A stretch of DNA of 64,000 nt from Bacteroidota bacterium. GTDB lineage: Bacteria > Bacteroidota > Bacteroidia > Bacteroidales > GCA-2748055. The notes beneath the pieces were generated by a model, which was not told the DNA's origin, did not search any database, and saw only the letters and a list, made by a program, of their open reading frames with translations. The stretch covers positions 85,232 through 149,231 of the forward strand of contig JAZDPG010000063.1 of assembly GCA_043797815.1 (NCBI GenBank). The letters run 5' to 3'. Below, piece by piece: positions 9,287 through 17,820 of the stretch. How positions within the stretch are numbered: position 1 is the first letter of the stretch; the number at the start of each line of letters is the position of its first letter. The position numbers were made by a program, and so were the translations under genes.

Positions 9287-10384
9287 ATGTTGCCACGAAT
9301 CATCACCATGGGACTGTTCGTCATGCTTGCCTCCTCCGGGTGCATGAAGGATGATGAGCTCTGGGATTTTGAAAGGGCCCGGTTTCTAAAACCTTATCGT
9401 GGTGTATTTATTATCAATGAGGGTAACTTTACCTATGGAAATGCCTCACTTTCCTATTACGACATGGAAACGGGCGAGGTGTTTAATGACGTGTTTTTCA
9501 ATACCAACGCCCTTCCCATTGGAGATGTGGCCTTTTCCATGACCATTCATGACAGCCTTGGTTATGTGGTAGTCAACAACAGCGGCAGGATTTACATCAT
9601 CAATACCTCCACCTTCGAATATGTGGGAAAGATCAACGGATTCACATCTCCCCGGTACATGCACTTCATTTCAGACACCAAAGCCTATGTGACCGATCTT
9701 TATGCCAGGGCCATTGCTGTGGTGAACCCGGTTACCATGGAAATCAAGGGATCCATCGATGTAAACAACGGCTCATCCCGGTTCTGCCAGCACTCCACCG
9801 AGATGATGGTACAATTTGATAAGTATGTGTATGTCAATTGCTGGAGCTTCGACAACCTGATCCTAGTGATAGACTCCCAGCTTGACCGGGTTATCGATTC
9901 AATCCGGGTGCTCAAACAACCCAACTCCATGGTACTGGATGGTGAGGATAACCTGTGGATTCTCACCGATGGGGGTTTTCCGGAGAGCCCCTATGGCTAC
10001 GAGGCACCGGGCCTGTTGAAGATTGAACCGGGAGCCACCAATGCCGAGATCATGTACCGGTTTAAATGGGGGGAGACTCCATCAGAACTGCGAATAAATG
10101 GTTCAGGAGATACCCTCTACTTTCTGAACAGGCATGTTTACATCCTTCCCACTGGTTCCGGTCGGGACCCCGGTGTATTCATTCCAAGTCCTTACGATGA
10201 ATACTATCCGGGAGGATTCTATGGTCTGGGAGTGGATCAGGCTACCTCATCCGTCTATGTGGCGGATGCACTCGACTTCGTACAACGGGGGATGATCTAC
10301 CGTTTTGCACCTGATGGGATGCCAGTGGACACCTTCAGGGCAGGGATCGCTCCGGGCTCATTCTGTTTCAAGCCTTTCAATTAA
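9287..10384 (+). CDS. surface beta-propeller lipoprotein, BtuG-like (putative corrinoid-binding)
   Basis: 365-aa ORF 4 nt after btuB-like gene; lipobox LASSGC; repeated YVVNNSG / YVTDLYA / YVADALD blade-like motifs (YncE-like propeller); position matches Bacteroides btuB-btuG arrangement. Confidence 0.55.
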   Translation: MLPRIITMGLFVMLASSGCMKDDELWDFERARFLKPYRGVFIINEGNFTYGNASLSYYDMETGEVFNDVFFNTNALPIGDVAFSMTIHDSLGYVVVNNSGRIYIINTSTFEYVGKINGFTSPRYMHFISDTKAYVTDLYARAIAVVNPVTMEIKGSIDVNNGSSRFCQHSTEMMVQFDKYVYVNCWSFDNLILVIDSQLDRVIDSIRVLKQPNSMVLDGEDNLWILTDGGFPESPYGYEAPGLLKIEPGATNAEIMYRFKWGETPSELRINGSGDTLYFLNRHVYILPTGSGRDPGVFIPSPYDEYYPGGFYGLGVDQATSSVYVADALDFVQRGMIYRFAPDGMPVDTFRAGIAPGSFCFKPFN

Positions 10385-10453
10385 ACAGACGATGATGTAT
10401 AATCTCAAAGAAAAATCGTAATTTGTTGTTTGTTTATCATTGAATTTGCATCC

Positions 10454-11197
10454 ATGACAATTCATCAATATCAGAAAAAATGCTCCAAGGAGTACATTGA
10501 GAGCATTAAGTTTCCCAAGGAAAATTCCTATTTATATGGCAATCCGGTAGACGTGGTCATACCCATAGAAACGGCCATTGGTAAAGTTATGGTGATCGGG
10601 CCCCAGCCTGCTGCCAAAGTATACTTTGTGAATGATATCCCGGACGTTCCGCTCTATGATGCTACTGCCCCCTTTTCCATCGAGCCCTACTTTGATGGTT
10701 CCAGGGTAAGAAGTTCATTTACCGGACAGGAACTGTCCGAGGTTATTCTTGAAACGCTGGAAATTCCCAGGGAGCATTGCTGGCTCACCAGCCTGGTTAA
10801 GGTGTTCCTTTTCGATGATGACCATGTGAAAAAGTACCGCAGACTTGGCAAGGAGATCAGGGAAAACAGATCCAAATACATGGAGTATGCCAACAAAAGC
10901 CTGCCCTGGATCCGGCAGGAGATAGAAATTGCAAATCCTTATGCCATCATCCTTCTTGGAGAACAGGTTGTTTCAAGCCTGTTGCTTGTATCTGAAGAGA
11001 AAGCCCGGAGTTATATGACCGGGGAAGTCATCGAAAAGAAGATCATCTGGAAGAACAGCAATTTCATTTGCCTGCCACCTCCGGGTGTCATTCTGGATCG
11101 TTCTGCCAAAAATCCCTGGCCCCGGAAATTTGCCATTCAGATCGGGCCTGTGGCCATGAAAGAACTTGGAAGGCTCAGGTCACAACCCAGTATTTAA
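10454..11197 (+). CDS. hypothetical protein, possibly uracil-DNA-glycosylase-fold superfamily
   Basis: ORF 10430-11197 (TTG), ATG 10454 preferred; VMVIGPQPA and IILLGEQV...ICLPPPG vaguely resemble UDG motifs A/B but catalytic residues are not canonical. Confidence 0.35.
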   Translation: MTIHQYQKKCSKEYIESIKFPKENSYLYGNPVDVVIPIETAIGKVMVIGPQPAAKVYFVNDIPDVPLYDATAPFSIEPYFDGSRVRSSFTGQELSEVILETLEIPREHCWLTSLVKVFLFDDDHVKKYRRLGKEIRENRSKYMEYANKSLPWIRQEIEIANPYAIILLGEQVVSSLLLVSEEKARSYMTGEVIEKKIIWKNSNFICLPPPGVILDRSAKNPWPRKFAIQIGPVAMKELGRLRSQPSI

Positions 11198-11200
11198 TTT

Positions 11201-11698
11201 CTATTGATCTTTCAGGGGGATCCCGTGATCGAGCATGTACTGCCTGATCCTTTCCGCATGGTCCACATCCATCCTGTTCAGTTTTTTGAACAAGTCGCCC
11301 ACGTTTGAGTCCGTTTTGTTGACCATAAAAGCGTTGTAGTGTATTTCGCCTGCCGAGTTTTCAATCTTCAGCGCAAATTGAAAAGCACGGGTCCTGTCGG
11401 GATGGTTCTGAAAGCCATTGTATGCAGCGCTGATCTCCTGGTTGGATTTCACAAGCTCTTCCAACCTTTCCGGGAGCAGGTTACCCGGGATATCCACGTT
11501 GAGGCTTCCCATTTGTTTTACGGTCTTTAAAAGAGCAGCATGGTTCTCCTCTTCCAGGGTCAGCTTCCACCAGAATTGGGAATCACCTTTGAACTGCTCG
11601 TAGAACAGCAGATACAATTTACCGACATTGAGCTCCAACCGGATGGATTCATCAATCAGGGCTTTGAATTCCGGGTCGGTGTTTTTTGCTGAGGTCAT
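11201..11698 (-). CDS. ferritin-like / rubrerythrin-like diiron-fold protein
   Basis: ORF 11201-11752; ATG at 11698 (MTSAKN) preferred; E...EEENHA and E...DVDHAE pairs resemble the duplicated E/ExxH ferritin-like motif. Confidence 0.5.
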   Translation of the reverse strand: MTSAKNTDPEFKALIDESIRLELNVGKLYLLFYEQFKGDSQFWWKLTLEEENHAALLKTVKQMGSLNVDIPGNLLPERLEELVKSNQEISAAYNGFQNHPDRTRAFQFALKIENSAGEIHYNAFMVNKTDSNVGDLFKKLNRMDVDHAERIRQYMLDHGIPLKDQ

Positions 11699-11781
11699 GG
11701 GATCGAAATATATAAAAAGTATGGGATTCTTCAACACGGGTGTTTTTAACAAATCACTAACTTGCCTGCAAACAATGAAAG

Positions 11782-12465
11782 ATGAAAGAGATCTTCCTTC
11801 TCTTTTTATTGCTGGCCGCCATTTTTTTCTGTTCCTGTGAGGAGAATATCAACCCTCCGGAAGTAGGTGACCAGCAATTTACAACGAATGAAAACACCCC
11901 TGCCGGGACGATCATCGGTGTTGTGCAGGCTTATGATCTGGACCCGGGTCAGACGCTCTTTTTCAGGATCAAGGAAAGTGACAATACAGGGTCCTTCGAA
12001 GTTGATCCGGGGGGCGGACACATCACTGTGGCGGACCCAACCATGCTGGATTATGAGACCAACACGGAACTTGGTTTCACCATCCTTGTGACAGATGACG
12101 GTAAACCTCCCATGGAAACAGCTGCAAAAATCACCATTCTTTTGAAGGATGAAAATGAATTTGCCCCGGTTGTGGAGGATCAGGTATTTGAAATACAAGA
12201 GGGCGCGGTGATGGGAGCATTGATCGGGGTCATACTGGCCAGCGACCAGGAGCAACACCAGCCACTGAGGTTTACGATCCTGTCGGGAAATGAAGGCAAT
12301 GTATTTGCACTGGATGATGAGACAGGAGCACTCACGGTAAATGATCCGGCTGCGTTCGATACAGGTGTCAATACACAATTGATTCTCACCGTCCTGGTCA
12401 GGGACCTTCACATTGATTCCAAAACCGATACAGCCCTGATTACAGTCAACATCAATCCCGAATAA
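11782..12465 (+). CDS. cadherin-repeat lipoprotein (two cadherin domains)
   Basis: 227-aa ORF; lipobox IFFCSC; FTTNENTPAGTIIG...DYETN...ILVTDDG...LKDENEFAP repeated twice, classic cadherin repeat pattern. Confidence 0.8.
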   Translation: MKEIFLLFLLLAAIFFCSCEENINPPEVGDQQFTTNENTPAGTIIGVVQAYDLDPGQTLFFRIKESDNTGSFEVDPGGGHITVADPTMLDYETNTELGFTILVTDDGKPPMETAAKITILLKDENEFAPVVEDQVFEIQEGAVMGALIGVILASDQEQHQPLRFTILSGNEGNVFALDDETGALTVNDPAAFDTGVNTQLILTVLVRDLHIDSKTDTALITVNINPE

Positions 12466-12479
12466 TCTCGGAAACTCAA

Positions 12480-13856
12480 ATGTGGAAATTTTCAATGATC
12501 CTTCTTCTTGCCGTGATGCTGTCGGGATGCACCACAGGACCCATGCCCATCTTGCCTTCCCCCGAACAGGTTGCCTACCAGGAGATGGAGATGGTGGTTT
12601 TCATACACTTTACCATCAATACCTTTACCGACAAGGAGTGGGGATTCGGGGATGAAGACCCTGGGTGGTTTAATCCCACCGGGCTTAATGCAGAACAATG
12701 GGTGCTGGCTGCAAAAGCCGGGGGAATGAAGGAGTTGATCCTTACTGCAAAACACCATGATGGGTTTTGTTTGTGGCCCAGTGAATATACCCAGCACAGC
12801 ATAAAAGCCAGTCCCTATAAAGAGGGGAAAGGAGATATCGTCAGGGAGTTTGTGGATGCCTGCAGGAAGCATGGGCTGAAGGTGGGTCTCTATCTGTCTC
12901 CCTGGGACCGGAACCACAAGGATTATGGAAACCCGGAATACATTACCTACTACAGAAACCAGTTGAGGGAGTTGCTTACCAACTATGGGGAGATCAATGA
13001 GATATGGTTTGACGGGGCCAACGGCGGCGACGGATATTACGGAGGGGCCAACTGTGACCGGCGTGTAGACAAGCTTACCTATTACGATTGGCCAACCACT
13101 TTTTCACTGGTAAAAAAGCTGCAGCCCGGGATCAAGATCTTTTCCGATGCAGGTCCGGATATCCGCTGGGTGGGCAATGAGCATGGTTTTGCCGGGGAGA
13201 CCTTCTGGCCGACCATCTCCACCAAAGACCTGGTGATCGGGGACTCCGATCCGGCCTACCTGAACACGGGCGATCCCGGAGGGGATAAATGGATGATCGG
13301 TCAGTGCGATGTCTCCATCCGGCCCGGCTGGTTTTACCACGCCTCTGAGGATTCACTGGTCAAATCACCACAGGAACTGGTGGATATCTACTACAAATCT
13401 GTGGGCCGGAATGGTGTGTTGCTCCTGAATCTGCCCCCCGACAGGCGTGGATTGATCCATGAGACAGATGTGGCTCATCTCAGGGAGTTTAAAAAGATAC
13501 TCGATGAAACATTTGGCCAGAACCTGGGTAAGGGAGCCAAATGGACAACCGGGGATCAGGATACCTGTCCCATTGAGATGATCATTGACCTGGAGGGTCC
13601 TGTCACTTTCGACCGTATTCTGCTGGGTGAACCCATCCGGGAGGGCCAGCGGATCAGCAGCTTTCATGTGGATGCACAATTGGTTCACGGGAACTGGCAG
13701 GAAGTAGCCCGTGGGACAACCGTTGGTTACAAGCGCATCCTGAAAACCGGACTCATGACCACATCCAGACTTCGTGTGGTGGTGGACTCCTCTTTCTATA
13801 CGCCCTCCATCACCGAATTTGGATTGTACAGATCATCCCTGGGAGAGCTTCAGTAA
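12480..13856 (+). CDS. alpha-L-fucosidase (GH29), lipoprotein
   Basis: 458-aa ORF; lipobox MLSGC; HHDGFCLWPS...GLYLSPWD GH29 signature. Confidence 0.9.
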   Translation: MWKFSMILLLAVMLSGCTTGPMPILPSPEQVAYQEMEMVVFIHFTINTFTDKEWGFGDEDPGWFNPTGLNAEQWVLAAKAGGMKELILTAKHHDGFCLWPSEYTQHSIKASPYKEGKGDIVREFVDACRKHGLKVGLYLSPWDRNHKDYGNPEYITYYRNQLRELLTNYGEINEIWFDGANGGDGYYGGANCDRRVDKLTYYDWPTTFSLVKKLQPGIKIFSDAGPDIRWVGNEHGFAGETFWPTISTKDLVIGDSDPAYLNTGDPGGDKWMIGQCDVSIRPGWFYHASEDSLVKSPQELVDIYYKSVGRNGVLLLNLPPDRRGLIHETDVAHLREFKKILDETFGQNLGKGAKWTTGDQDTCPIEMIIDLEGPVTFDRILLGEPIREGQRISSFHVDAQLVHGNWQEVARGTTVGYKRILKTGLMTTSRLRVVVDSSFYTPSITEFGLYRSSLGELQ

Positions 13857-13938
13857 ACACATTGGGCTATTTACTAATTGCGTAACAGCGAATTATTTAA
13901 TAACTTATCCTGGTTATAGTTTACCTAAACCAAATATC

Positions 13939-14988
13939 ATGTCCCAAATAAACGAGAAGCTTATACGGCAGGTTTTTGAGGAGATGGTTAAAAGCAGGCC
14001 CGGTTTATCAAAGTACACAATGGTCGATGAGGATGAGGAGGAAGTAGATTACCGGATCCTGGCCGACCAGATCATAAAAAATTATCCCTGGCCCATCGGG
14101 ATTGAACTGAGAAGGCTATTCTCTGCAAGCATGAGGGAGCTGAATCGCCAGAGACTGGACCAGATCTTTAAAACCATTGAAAGGACCATGCAGTTTGTAT
14201 CCTTCGTGATGCTCTCCCAACTATGGCAAGATATACTTCAGAAGAAGATATCTATTCCTGAAAATGTGGCAAAAGAGTTAGAAAGCAGGTTGATGGTACT
14301 GAGTATGGGGAATTATGCATGGATGATCAGGGCCATTGGAAATCTCTACCAGGAGTCAGAGCATGATTGTTTTATGCCGGAGATGTCTGAACACCTGGAT
14401 AAGAAATTCTTTGCGGCACTGGATTTCTGGGTGCCGGAAAGAAATGAAATCGGTCATTACCAGATCAACCTGAACCAGGAGGAGATTGAGAAGCGCTGCG
14501 TGGAATATGAGGAGAAACTTACCTATATCCTGATCAAGATTGCATTCCTGGCAAAATACAGATTGGTTTCGGTCAGGGAGATCAGGGTGCAAAAACCTAA
14601 AAACAAAGAGGCCCGTTTCCATCATGTGGTGGACCTGCTGAACAGCTCCGATTCGGATTTTACAGCCAGGGAGATCGAAGAGGAGGCATTTTCTGAAAGC
14701 CATTCTGTCCTCCTGATGAAATCCATTAAATCCTTTGACGGATACCTGAATCTATCCCCTCTGATCATAGACACCCATTCGGAAGTATTGGATACCAAGG
14801 AAAAATTCGGAATCAAGAAAGATATTTTTATGTATACCAAATTCAGGGAGGATCACCTGATGTACCTGGGTACAGAAGTCACAGAGAAATGTGATCTGAG
14901 GAAAATGAGCAATTACATCCAGCTGGTTGATGAATTTAAACAGCTCCTTGCTTCCATATCCCCTGCCGAGGCAACTGTTGAGCCTTGA
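13939..14988 (+). CDS. hypothetical protein with HEPN-like RNxxxH motif (island gene A)
   Basis: ORF 13774-14988 trimmed to ATG 13939, because upstream codons only overlap the fucosidase 3-prime end; 349 aa, no signal or TM; helix-rich N-half; PERNEIGH at 14437-14457; 35 nt upstream of NTPase gene B. Confidence 0.6.
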   Translation: MSQINEKLIRQVFEEMVKSRPGLSKYTMVDEDEEEVDYRILADQIIKNYPWPIGIELRRLFSASMRELNRQRLDQIFKTIERTMQFVSFVMLSQLWQDILQKKISIPENVAKELESRLMVLSMGNYAWMIRAIGNLYQESEHDCFMPEMSEHLDKKFFAALDFWVPERNEIGHYQINLNQEEIEKRCVEYEEKLTYILIKIAFLAKYRLVSVREIRVQKPKNKEARFHHVVDLLNSSDSDFTAREIEEEAFSESHSVLLMKSIKSFDGYLNLSPLIIDTHSEVLDTKEKFGIKKDIFMYTKFREDHLMYLGTEVTEKCDLRKMSNYIQLVDEFKQLLASISPAEATVEP

Positions 14989-15023
14989 TTGAACAAGACT
15001 ACTCCCAAAACTCGTAGCCCAAT

Positions 15024-17813
15024 ATGAAATCCCCATTTAAATTCCTGGACGCTTACACCCATGAAGACCGGACCATCTTCTTTGGGCGGGACAGGGAGAT
15101 TGAGGAGTTGTACCAGAAGGTATTCGAAAGCAAGATTCTTCTGGTGTATGGAATTTCCGGAACGGGCAAGTCTTCCTTGATCAATTGTGGTTTGGCCAAC
15201 AAGTTCGAGGAGAGCGACTGGCTGCCCATCAGCATCCGTCGTGGGAAGGACATCAACCAAAGCCTGGAGTCCGAGATTCGCAAGGCATCCATCACTGAGC
15301 TGAAAGATGGCGTTTCCATCAGGAACGCCCTTCAGTCGGTATACCTGGATCATTTCAAACCTGTCTACCTGATCTTTGACCAGTTCGAGGAGTTGTTCAT
15401 CTTTGGAAAACGGCAGGAGAGGGATGATTTCATCCGGACCATTACAGAACTGATCCAATCTGATATCCATTGCAAATGCCTGTTTTCAATCCGGGAAGAG
15501 TACCTGGCGAACATGACCGAGTTTGAACAGGTGATCGATCATATTCTGGACAACCGGATCCGTGTGGAGAAAATGACCAGAGTCCATGCCGTTGATGTGA
15601 TTGAAGGTCCATGCAGGGTGCAGCAAATTGATCTCGAGGAGGGTTTTGCAGCGCGGTTGCTGGAAAAACTAAGCCCTGATTCCAATGAGATCGAGCTCAC
15701 ATTCCTGCAGGTATTCCTTGACCGGATTTTCAGAATGTCAGGCAAGGAAGGAGATGACCTGAAGTTCACCAATGAAATGATCGGAAAGGTTGGTGATGTA
15801 AGCAACCTGCTGGGTGATTTTCTCGAGGAACAGATCAGGGAATTGGAGGATCCGGATGCCGGAATGACCCTTTTGAAGGCTTTTGTATCGGTCAAAGGAA
15901 CAAAACGGCAGGTGGAAGATTCACAGATCCTGGATTCAGTCCGGGCCCTGGGGAAAAACATATCCCCTGAAGAGATCACTGTTCTGGTCCAGAAATTCAT
16001 TAAACTGCGGATTCTGAGAGACAAGGATGAGAATGGCAGGTATGAATTAAGGCACGATAGTCTGGCCGCCAAGATCTACGAGAATATAACGCTTGTTGAA
16101 AAGGAGCTGCTTGAGATCAGGCAATTCATTGAGAATGCCTTCGATGTATGGCAGAAACGCGGTATACTCCTCGATAAAGACGATCTTGATTACATCGCTC
16201 CCTATGAGAAGAAGCTGTTTTTAGAAGAAAAATCACAAGATTTTGTTGAAAAATGTAGAAGAAGCCTGGAGGTAAAAAAGAGATCATTTCGCAGGATCAT
16301 GGCCATCTCGGCAGCTGGATTTCTGCTGATACTTTCGGCCATAGCCATATACTCTTTCAGGTTTTCATTCAGTAGAAAGGCCGACCGGCTGGCCCAAATA
16401 TCTTCACTTCAACGTGAATTCTCCCTGCCTTTGAGTTACTATACGGCCAAAGCCGCTCTTGCGAAAGATCCCAAATCCTCATTTGCTGTAAAAGCGCTGT
16501 TTGATGCTTTTTATGGGTTGCTGGAGGGTGGTCCCTATTATGATTCAGCCGGCCATCTCCTGGATCCGCAAAAAACCATATTTGATTTTTCACCGGTGGG
16601 ATCAGAAATTGAAAATGCCGGTTTTTCGGAAGATGGGTCACTTATCTACGGAACCCTGGAGAACGGAACAGTCAAAATTTGGGACCGGCAGGGACATGAG
16701 TTGTTTTCAAAAGCCGATTCAACAGCTCAGGTTATCGATATGATCATCTCTCCTGACAACCAAACCATCGCCGTGGTATTCCGGGACAGTACTGCCACCT
16801 TCTGGGATCTATCGGGACGCTTTATTACCTCAGTAAGCCTGAGCTACGAACCGGTGAGCCCAAAAGATGCCGTCGCTTTCTCAAGGGATTCCAGAACCTT
16901 TGCCATCACCGGCAGGGAGAACCAGATCGCATTTTACAATGTAACTGGGGACTTTCTCTATGAGATGCATGGTCATTCGGAGGCAGTGACTGGATTGTCC
17001 TTTTCCCCTGATAGTCAGTACCTGGCATCTTCATCCAAAGACTCCTCAATCATGATCTGGAAATTGGATGATGATCTGGGAATGTTTACGGAGTTCAGAC
17101 GATTTGATAAGACATTCGGTGCCAGGGTATGGTCGGTTGATTTTGCACAGAACTCCAGATGGATCCTCTGTACATCAGAAACATTTTTCTATAAAAATGA
17201 AAAAGATACCTTTTGGGTTGTATTTTATGACGTCATAGATGTGGTGAACTTCAATGGATCGAGAAAATTTATTGTTATTGCCCGGACCTCCAGCACGGAG
17301 AAAGATCCCAGGTACCAGTCAAAACTGGTATATGGTGCTCGATTCACAGCCGATGATGCGGCAATTGTCTATCATACCATTGATTCCGTCGGGACGAACA
17401 ATGGTAACGAAATGATCTTATCATTGCCCCGGTACAGGCTGGAGTTTTCAAAAAACAGTCTTCGGTGGATGACCAATACAAACAGGAGCATTAGAAAGGA
17501 TAATATACTTGAAAATACAGATCCATATACTCTGAATGGAGCTGATTTTTCAGTTCAGGGTTTTGTGGCCTCCAGTATCACCAATTCAGCCACCACAAAC
17601 CTGTCACATTACGACGAAATACCGATCCGAAAATTCAAAGGGAACCACCCGGTATTTTCCAATGATGGCAATTATCTGCTCTGTATCAGTGAAAATAAAT
17701 TGTGCCTCTATCCGGCTTCAACAACACTAATTATGGATCTGGTGGATGGAAGAAAAATCTTTGGTGAGATAGAGGGAAACCTGAGTGACTGGCGCCACTA
17801 TGTAACTCAATAG
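15024..17813 (+). CDS. nSTAND-type P-loop NTPase - single TM - WD40 beta-propeller protein (island gene B)
   Basis: 929 aa; FFGRDREIEEL, Walker A GISGTGKS (15150-15173), Walker B YLIFDQFEELF; hydrophobic IMAISAAGFLLILSAIAIYSF (16297-16359) after KKRSFRR; WD40 repeats, e.g. HSEAVTGLSFSPDSQYLASSSKDSSIMIWKL. Confidence 0.85.
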   Translation: MKSPFKFLDAYTHEDRTIFFGRDREIEELYQKVFESKILLVYGISGTGKSSLINCGLANKFEESDWLPISIRRGKDINQSLESEIRKASITELKDGVSIRNALQSVYLDHFKPVYLIFDQFEELFIFGKRQERDDFIRTITELIQSDIHCKCLFSIREEYLANMTEFEQVIDHILDNRIRVEKMTRVHAVDVIEGPCRVQQIDLEEGFAARLLEKLSPDSNEIELTFLQVFLDRIFRMSGKEGDDLKFTNEMIGKVGDVSNLLGDFLEEQIRELEDPDAGMTLLKAFVSVKGTKRQVEDSQILDSVRALGKNISPEEITVLVQKFIKLRILRDKDENGRYELRHDSLAAKIYENITLVEKELLEIRQFIENAFDVWQKRGILLDKDDLDYIAPYEKKLFLEEKSQDFVEKCRRSLEVKKRSFRRIMAISAAGFLLILSAIAIYSFRFSFSRKADRLAQISSLQREFSLPLSYYTAKAALAKDPKSSFAVKALFDAFYGLLEGGPYYDSAGHLLDPQKTIFDFSPVGSEIENAGFSEDGSLIYGTLENGTVKIWDRQGHELFSKADSTAQVIDMIISPDNQTIAVVFRDSTATFWDLSGRFITSVSLSYEPVSPKDAVAFSRDSRTFAITGRENQIAFYNVTGDFLYEMHGHSEAVTGLSFSPDSQYLASSSKDSSIMIWKLDDDLGMFTEFRRFDKTFGARVWSVDFAQNSRWILCTSETFFYKNEKDTFWVVFYDVIDVVNFNGSRKFIVIARTSSTEKDPRYQSKLVYGARFTADDAAIVYHTIDSVGTNNGNEMILSLPRYRLEFSKNSLRWMTNTNRSIRKDNILENTDPYTLNGADFSVQGFVASSITNSATTNLSHYDEIPIRKFKGNHPVFSNDGNYLLCISENKLCLYPASTTLIMDLVDGRKIFGEIEGNLSDWRHYVTQ
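15033..16224 (+). repeat. diverged direct duplication, copy 1 (NTPase module of gene B)
   Basis: About 1.2 kb alignable to 18873-20055. By eye, roughly two thirds of the amino acids are identical and DNA identity is about three quarters in the first 250 nt. Confidence 0.75.
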
Positions 17814-17820
17814 TCTGTTT

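Noticed and set aside
11806-12495. 229-aa minus-strand ORF
   Set aside because: It is antisense to the cadherin-repeat gene, whose repeat motifs are unambiguous.
13774-13938. N-terminal extension of gene A offered by the ORF track (start 13774)
   Set aside because: The extension is just an alternative frame of the fucosidase 3-prime end plus spacer. ATG 13939 gives a clean intergenic gap.
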